A program made the translations under genes and the position numbers. A stretch of DNA of 64,000 nucleotides from Eledone cirrhosa (lineage: Eukaryota). Positions 57,273 through 64,000 of the stretch are shown here, piece after piece. The notes beneath the pieces were generated by a model. It saw only the letters and a list, made by a program, of their open reading frames with translations. It was not told the origin of the DNA and did not search any database. The DNA is taken from NCBI GenBank assembly GCA_964016885.1, contig OZ024755.1, positions 23,188,001 to 23,252,000 of the forward strand. Direction: 5' to 3'. Position 1 is the stretch's first letter; each line of letters begins with the position of its first letter.

Positions 57273-58392
57273 TCTCACACACACATATATATATATATTA
57301 TAGATACATATATAAACTATATAAAACCCTATCTAGTTATAAAAAAAATTTCTTTTAACTCTCTCCACACAATTTGAAAAGATAAGAATAACAAATAATT
57401 TTTTAGATATAATTAATAACCATTAATAATATTTTATATTTTATAAATATTAATTTATAGCACTACTTAATGAAAGATGACCTTCAATAGATAATAAAAT
57501 CCATTTGCTACAATAATAAAACAACCCTGAATTTATCAATAATCTTCAATACCCCCCCCCCCCCTTTGTTAACTCCTGTACACAACTTCCTGTGTAAATT
57601 CATAAAGTTAAAGCAACTTAACGGCTTATCAGCAGCCTAATGGCGATTAATGCAAACCGGACATAAAGCAAACCCTAATATTCCTTAATAGAAAATTTGA
57701 AGATAGGAATCCATAGTATAATATCCTTACTATAACAACATGGCCTGTAATTCGGTGGAATTTGCTTTTACCAAACACATACCTATAAACTATACACATC
57801 TCAAAAAAATTACATCTAAAACTAAGAAAATTCCATGGTTAATACATCTAAGTTACAACCAACATATACATCTATATACGAACTCCAATATAAAAATTAT
57901 TGAATGAAAATTACCTACCCAATTCAATCACGTGCTCTGCATTACATCTCACATAACATATACCTATTTTATCACCACATGTCTCCCTACTGTATAGAAC
58001 GCCATTTTAAAAAATTTAAACATTTCTAACACTTATAACATGCTTTTACATTCTACACGAAATATGCTTATTTCAGCTGTAATATAACTCTTTCCTCAGA
58101 CATGCGTTATTGATTGTATTGACTCTTGCATTATATACCCTTAACATTACCTGATCTCCAATGCTATGATATCTTATGTCTATCCTATATTACATTTTTT
58201 TTTTTTTTTGCTTGTACCTTTTGCTTGTACCTCTTGCACTTTTCACCATTGCTCCTTGTAATTGTGTTCTCTGGAGCATAACATTCTTTTAACTCCCGAT
58301 TCTGTACATGATGTCTAGGACACTAACAACACATATATCTACCTGGATGTTCTGAAGACTAGGATTTTAATCACTTGTTTAGACATTTCCTA

Positions 58393-58439
58393 TGCTCCGA
58401 TGATTCCAGACATCCTTCTGGAAGAAACAATTGTCAGCA
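58393..58439 (+). ncRNA. Minimal hammerhead with U4C core (CCGATGA), GUC site
   Basis: TGCT CCGATGA TTCCAGA catcct TCTGGAA GAAA CAATTG TC AGCA, followed by AATAAA; perfect stems I and II, palindromic stem III. Confidence 0.7.
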
Positions 58440-58643
58440 AATAAATGTATTAAACTAAGATTTGATTGTTTTAACACTTTGCATCTCGGCTCTGTAAAAC
58501 ACTTGATAATTTGCATTGAGCCTTTTATCATACCGCTAACCAGTTAGTACTTAGTATTACCCTCCATATTTATAATTTTATATTAATCATATATAATATA
58601 AGAAACCATTATTATTATTATTACTATATATATATGAGAGAGA

Positions 58644-58825
58644 TGTGTTTATTGTAGTACTGTGTATTGACAGTGATTGCATGATAGTGATGCTGCACAT
58701 AACAGCTGTTTATCGATGTATGTACTGACTGCTGATGTTACGGAACAGTTGAGTAATGAATCCATAACACTGGACTTTCACGTATCACGGACTATTTTTG
58801 TGTAAACAACACATGACACCAAAAG
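58644..58825 (+). mobile_element. Possible short LTR remnant
   Basis: TGTGTT...AACACA terminal inverted hexamer followed by PBS-like TGACACCAAAAG. Confidence 0.25.
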
Positions 58826-59084
58826 AATTGCGCAATATCGAAACCTGTCACCTTTAAATACTTTCAATCAGTTCAGCAGGTGAGTATATCAAGACCTATT
58901 TTGAATTACTATTTCATTTTTTCAGGTCAGTATACAGGCAACTTCGGTAAGGAGAAGATCAAAATACTTTGTGGTATTTAGTTACCTTTGTAGTATTTGG
59001 TTACCTCTGTGGTATTTCGTTCATTGACTACTGGTCATCACGAAAATAAATGCTACCCAATTTTGAGGCGTGTACAGGCTTTCT

Positions 59085-59555
59085 AACAAGAGGACGAGTG
59101 TCTCAGTTTTCGCAGCACTGAATTTCATTCTTGCTGTGCAGCACTCGGCAGCAAATCTATCAAGGGCATGCCAGAGATCATCTTCTGACGAGTTGAGCAG
59201 TGCCATGTCGTCTGCGAATTCCAGCTGATTGATTCTACACCTGCCATTCTTGATATCACCTTCATCCCGATTGCGGATGTCAATCCTGTTCATGAATGTT
59301 ATGAACAGCAGATGTGAAAGTACGTACCCTTGGAGCAGACCGGCCTCCACATTGAATGGTTTCGATTTAGCATCATTTATCCAAACACAAATACTAGGAC
59401 ATTCGAATAGTGACTTTACGACGACAAAAGTTGTCCATGGATCCCATACTGCTGTAGAACTTTCCACAGCAGGTCCCATGGAACACGCGGTCGTATGCCT
59501 TTTCAAGGTTTAAAAACCAGCATACACCTCTTGCTAATACTCCTACGATTTCTCG
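59085..59555 (-). mobile_element. RTE-clade LINE reverse transcriptase fragment
   Basis: LEKAYDRV, GLLQGYVLSHLLFITFM, LEFADDMALL and MKFSAAKTE motifs. Confidence 0.88.
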
Positions 59556-59763
59556 AATATATATATATATATATATATATTCGAGAAATCGTAGGAGTAT
59601 TAGCAAGAGGTGTATATATATATATATATATATATATACACGTCGAAACGGCTTGAGCTCAGCCGTCAGGGTCCTACTCGTTCCTATTACCCATTCTACT
59701 ACTCTAAGTATTGAGTACTTTGGTGCGTTATGGTCCACCTGGTTCTTTACCACTTTTTCTTCG

Positions 59764-59827
<64 letters not shown>

Positions 59828-59978
59828 GAAAATATTTAACCCCGACGGCAGAGCTCAAGCCTTTTTGATGGCGAAACAACTTGAGCTCTGCCGTCGGGGT
59901 TAAATATTTTCCTAAGTATTGAGTACTCTGGTGCGTTATGGTCCACCTGGTTCCTTACCACACTTCCTTCGTTATATA

Positions 59979-60043
<65 letters not shown>

Positions 60044-60054
60044 CTATACCTTTC

Positions 60055-60089
<35 letters not shown>

Positions 60090-60094
<5 letters not shown>

Positions 60095-60428
60095 TAAAAT
60101 AACAGATTAAAGTTTAAGCAAAGAATCGCTGCTTTCACCCTTAACGGGATCTTCTGAAACTAACAAAGTCAATCTGTAAACGCAGAACTGGATATTTCAA
60201 AAAACGTTGCAACCGGAGGAAGACAGGAAGACGATACTTTGGTTCGTGGTAACGTTCGCTGGCAAAGAACGGGAAAAAACGAATAATACGTCATTAATAG
60301 GAGCGGTGAAAAACAATTACGCGCAAAGACAAAACCACGTTTATGGTATAAAAGAGGTCGTAGACTAATGTTCTCTTAGGTGGTGCATAGAGACGTTCTC
60401 TAAACTTTAATCTGTTATTTTAATAAAT
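60090..60428 (-). mobile_element. Second copy of the Naiad 3' UTR/terminal repeat with a short inverted tail
   Basis: 60090-60400 is near-identical to the reverse complement of 28926-29221; the terminal ~28 nt reappear inverted at 60400-60428. Confidence 0.9.
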
Positions 60429-60512
60429 ATTTGCTCTACGGTTCTTATATATTTGATATATATTTTCCTTATCGAGCCCTCTTTGGATTTTAGTCTTCAA
60501 TTTTATTATTAT

Positions 60513-60620
<108 letters not shown>

Positions 60621-60814
60621 GAGAGTGTTGAAGTTTGCTTGAAGCCTTGTGTAATATTAAAAATAGTCTTTTTGGAAGCCTCAACAATGCAGATGGGTAA
60701 ATCTCCGGGTAACAGAATCAGGTGGTAATGAGAGAGAGAAGGGGGTGTAAGAAGCGTAGAAAGAGACGTAGAGAGCGTAGAAAAACGTAGGAAAAGTGTA
60801 AAAAATAATTTGAG

Positions 60815-62862
60815 TGGACCTTGCGCAAACTCTACAACGAAAGCACCAACACTAACCGACAGACGGACCAGGACCACATAATGGACAGAAATATAACAAC
60901 CGCCACCGCCACTGCCGCGTCCACCAACACAGAACCACACTTCAACGATGCGACGCACCTGGTCACCGACCTAACCGGTACCCTCACAAACGACGAGCTG
61001 GAACTCCTACGCCTCGGACCCAAGTTCATCGCCTCACAGCCGCCCGACGACAGACCAGGTGCATCGCATCGTTGAGGTGTGGTTCTGTGTTGGTGGACGC
61101 GGCGGTGGCGGTTGTTATATTGATGTCCATTATGTGGTCCTGGTCTGTCTGTCTGTTAGTGTTGGTGCTTTCGTTGTAGAGTTTGCGCAAGGTCCACTCA
61201 AATTATTTTTTTACACTTTTCTTACAAACTTCTACGCTCTCTACGTCTCTTTCTACGTTTCTTCTTACACCCCTCTTAAACTCGACATCGATGCCAACTT
61301 CTGCCGATCCGCCTACCAGCTTAAATGGGTGACCGCCATCAACAACATCCCTGAAAATGACAGCACCTACACAAACCACTTACCACCTTGACAACCCGCT
61401 CCAACCCCCCCCCCAACCCCCGCCAACCACGAACTCGACACGAAACTCATCAGGTTGAAACACTCTATCTCTGACATCCTACATAAACACACACACACAC
61501 CACTCTCACCAACCTGAAATCGAAGAACCTCATCAACAGAGAGGCCTACAACACCCTAGCTCTCCGACACTTTGACGATGACAGCCTCTACTCTAAGGTC
61601 ACAGGGATCACTCCCGCGCAGATCGAGGAGCATACCAACACCACATAGACCAACATCTGCGACCGGCGGAATCTCCCGAAGAGGCTTAGAAACAACCTCC
61701 TTACGAGAAAACCCACAAACAAGGACCCAACCTGAAAATCAGGCCTATTGTATCCATCATGGAAGGACCGCTTTACAAAATTTCATGGCTCCTAGCCAAA
61801 ATATTAAAACCCTTTCTGAACACTCTACCGGGACACGTCAACAGTTCCGAGGAAGTGTTAGAGCGTCTACACCAAATGGATCCCGACACCCGAAGGGATA
61901 ACAGATATGCACTCAACACCTGCCATCCCAACGCTGTCACCTTCTCAAGATACGCGGATGACATCCTCATCCTCATATCTTCCCGGGAGATAGCGAATGG
62001 GATTTACGAGACGTTCAGCAATACGGACGAGAATATTGACTTCAGCGTTGAGCACCCCAACGACGACAGTTCTCTTTCCCTTCTCGACTTCCGAATCAAC
62101 ATCACGGAACAGAGGGAGATCAACACCAACTTTTACCGCATGGCGGCCTGCAGGGATTTGGTTGTCCACTTCAAATCTAACCTTCCTAACAGTGCTAAAA
62201 GAGGGTACATCACGAACGAGATCACGTGAATTAAAAATAGATGCAGCGATCCCGTGAGTGGTCTCACCCACACCAAGCGGGTCCTCGGGGTGCCGTAGAA
62301 GAATGGATATCCAACATCATTTACAAACTGAGTAAGGGACACCAGATACAAGAGGCAGAGAAACACGAAAAGTAAGTGCTTCCTTAAGATCCCGCACCTG
62401 GGCGAAGAAACCACCAGCGCTATCCGCAGAGCCATACTGAGGGAGGGTCTCGACATCTACTTGGCCCACTAAGGGCCCTCCCTACGGAGATGCCTCTCCA
62501 GGAAATCTGACCAATCGGATGATGCGTATTCCCTCAGCAACTGTCCGATAGGTCAGATGAACTGTTGGTTAAGCACGTGCGTCGTATATAAGATCTAATG
62601 TGACAAGTGTAACGAATTCTACATCGGTAGCACCATCCACCCACTACATATCCGGATCAAGGAACACATCAACACTAGGGCCTCGTCTTTCCGGAAACAC
62701 AAAATCAAATGCGGAAACAAAGACGGAAGGCTCATTGTCACAGTGTTAGCGACGGAACGTAACGTCGGCATTTTAAGGATCAAGGAAGCACTCTGGATCA
62801 AACGTCTCGGACCACGAATCAATAATCGATCCGAGAGAAGTGAGACGAAATGGCTGGTGTAA
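60815..62862 (+). mobile_element. Penelope/Poseidon-type PLE, deleted and rearranged (N-terminus, RT, thumb, GIY-YIG)
   Basis: VTDLTGTLTNDELELLRLGPKF; KTHK..RPIVS; FSRYADDILIL; LSLLDFRI; NGYP; VVYKI.CDKCNEFYIGSTIHPLHIRIKEH...IKEALWI...INNRSE. Confidence 0.9.
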
Positions 62863-63718
62863 ATAAACGGAACAACAACGCACACAGTGACAATCGAGCG
62901 ATTGTTATTGTGTGTGTATATTGTGCCCACCACCCACCGACCAACAGACAAGCAAACTACTATCACTATGCCTGCCACCACCATTGTCTGAACTTTATCT
63001 GACCGCAACAATTCCGTGAGTGTTTGGGCTAGGTGTGAAAAAAAATACATTTAAAAAGTCAGGAAAAACTGAAGTAATATCCGCTGCACAAAGATTGAAA
63101 TAAAAATAGTACACACTTTAGCTGAGCAGCGAAATCGAGCTTCTGTTCTACAGTTAACAGTCTGTTAGTCAGTGTCTCCTTAACTGAACAGTGAAAAGAC
63201 ATCTCTCGTCTTCAGCAGCCAGCTGTTGGTTCTCCACTTTCATCTTAGCTGAGCAGTGAAAACATATCTCTAGTTCTCAGCAATCTGTTAGTCAGAATTA
63301 CTAGGTTCATTTCTAAAACTAGGTTCATTTCTAAGTTCAGGTTACGTAATACGGTAACAGCTTTGTAGTATTTAAAATCAGGGTTGTACAAATATTTTAA
63401 AGTAGCCATATCCGTTTCTTTTACATAGGTCTGTCGATCGTAAAGATATAAATTGGTTTACATTAGCGAATAGTTGAGCGTCGTTTACAAACATTACTGT
63501 TCCTAAGACACAAATGCTTGTTAATGTTGGTGGCATGCAGAGGCGGGCTAGACATATTTGAGCAGTGCCCTGATGGAATGGAGTTCGAGTAAAGAAAGCA
63601 GTTGAAATAAATGTTTCAAAAAAAAAAAAAAAAAAATGAAATCATAGCCACCGCGTAAAAATTGATATGAAGTACGAGCGTACCTTAGCATTTCTCTATT
63701 TTCTTAGATAAGCAAGCA

Positions 63719-63802
63719 ATATATTGATACAGAATATATTGACCTGAAAGGTGGCGAATGCCTGGGCCATCTTTCAGGTCAATATATTCTTTATCAATAT
63801 AT
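63719..63802. repeat. Fold-back hairpin, 37-bp arms
   Basis: atatattgatacagaatatattgacctgaaaggtggc / gccatctttcaggtcaatatattctttatcaatatat. Confidence 0.9.
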
Positions 63803-64000
63803 CGGATGCCTGGGCCGGTTTTAAAATCGAGTCTTTTTCTGGCAATATGGACGACATTAACAACGCTTCAGTATTTGATGGATTATGAGGTAGATAACCT
63901 AATAGATTTGACCTACTTAGGAGATTTTTAGAATATTGTTTTGAGGTAATAAATGCCATAAGTAAAATAGACTCATTAACTGCTTAATGAACACAACCAC

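Overview
AT-rich, repeat-saturated eukaryotic non-coding DNA, probably from an octopod cephalopod (inferred from the SINE families and long (TA)n arrays; not database-checked). No intact host gene is evident, only a few weak exon candidates. The window holds decayed Penelope-like elements (PLEs): two Naiad-type GIY-YIG ends, one head-to-head inverted PLE and one Penelope/Poseidon-type copy. It also has R4/Dong-, RTE- and Tx1-type LINE remnants, a hAT transposon with TIRs, a non-autonomous Helitron, several MITEs, about 20 tRNA-derived SINEs and a 6.3-kb array of 134 x 47-bp hairpin units. The most notable signal is about seven unrelated type-I hammerhead-ribozyme (HHR) motif families, several with non-canonical cores, sitting in PLE terminal-repeat fragments next to (TA)n. 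These come with recurrent fold-back inversions, a PLE-end/(TA)n/antisense-HHR junction that occurs twice, and a circularly permuted LINE. All structures were folded and all extra frames translated by eye.
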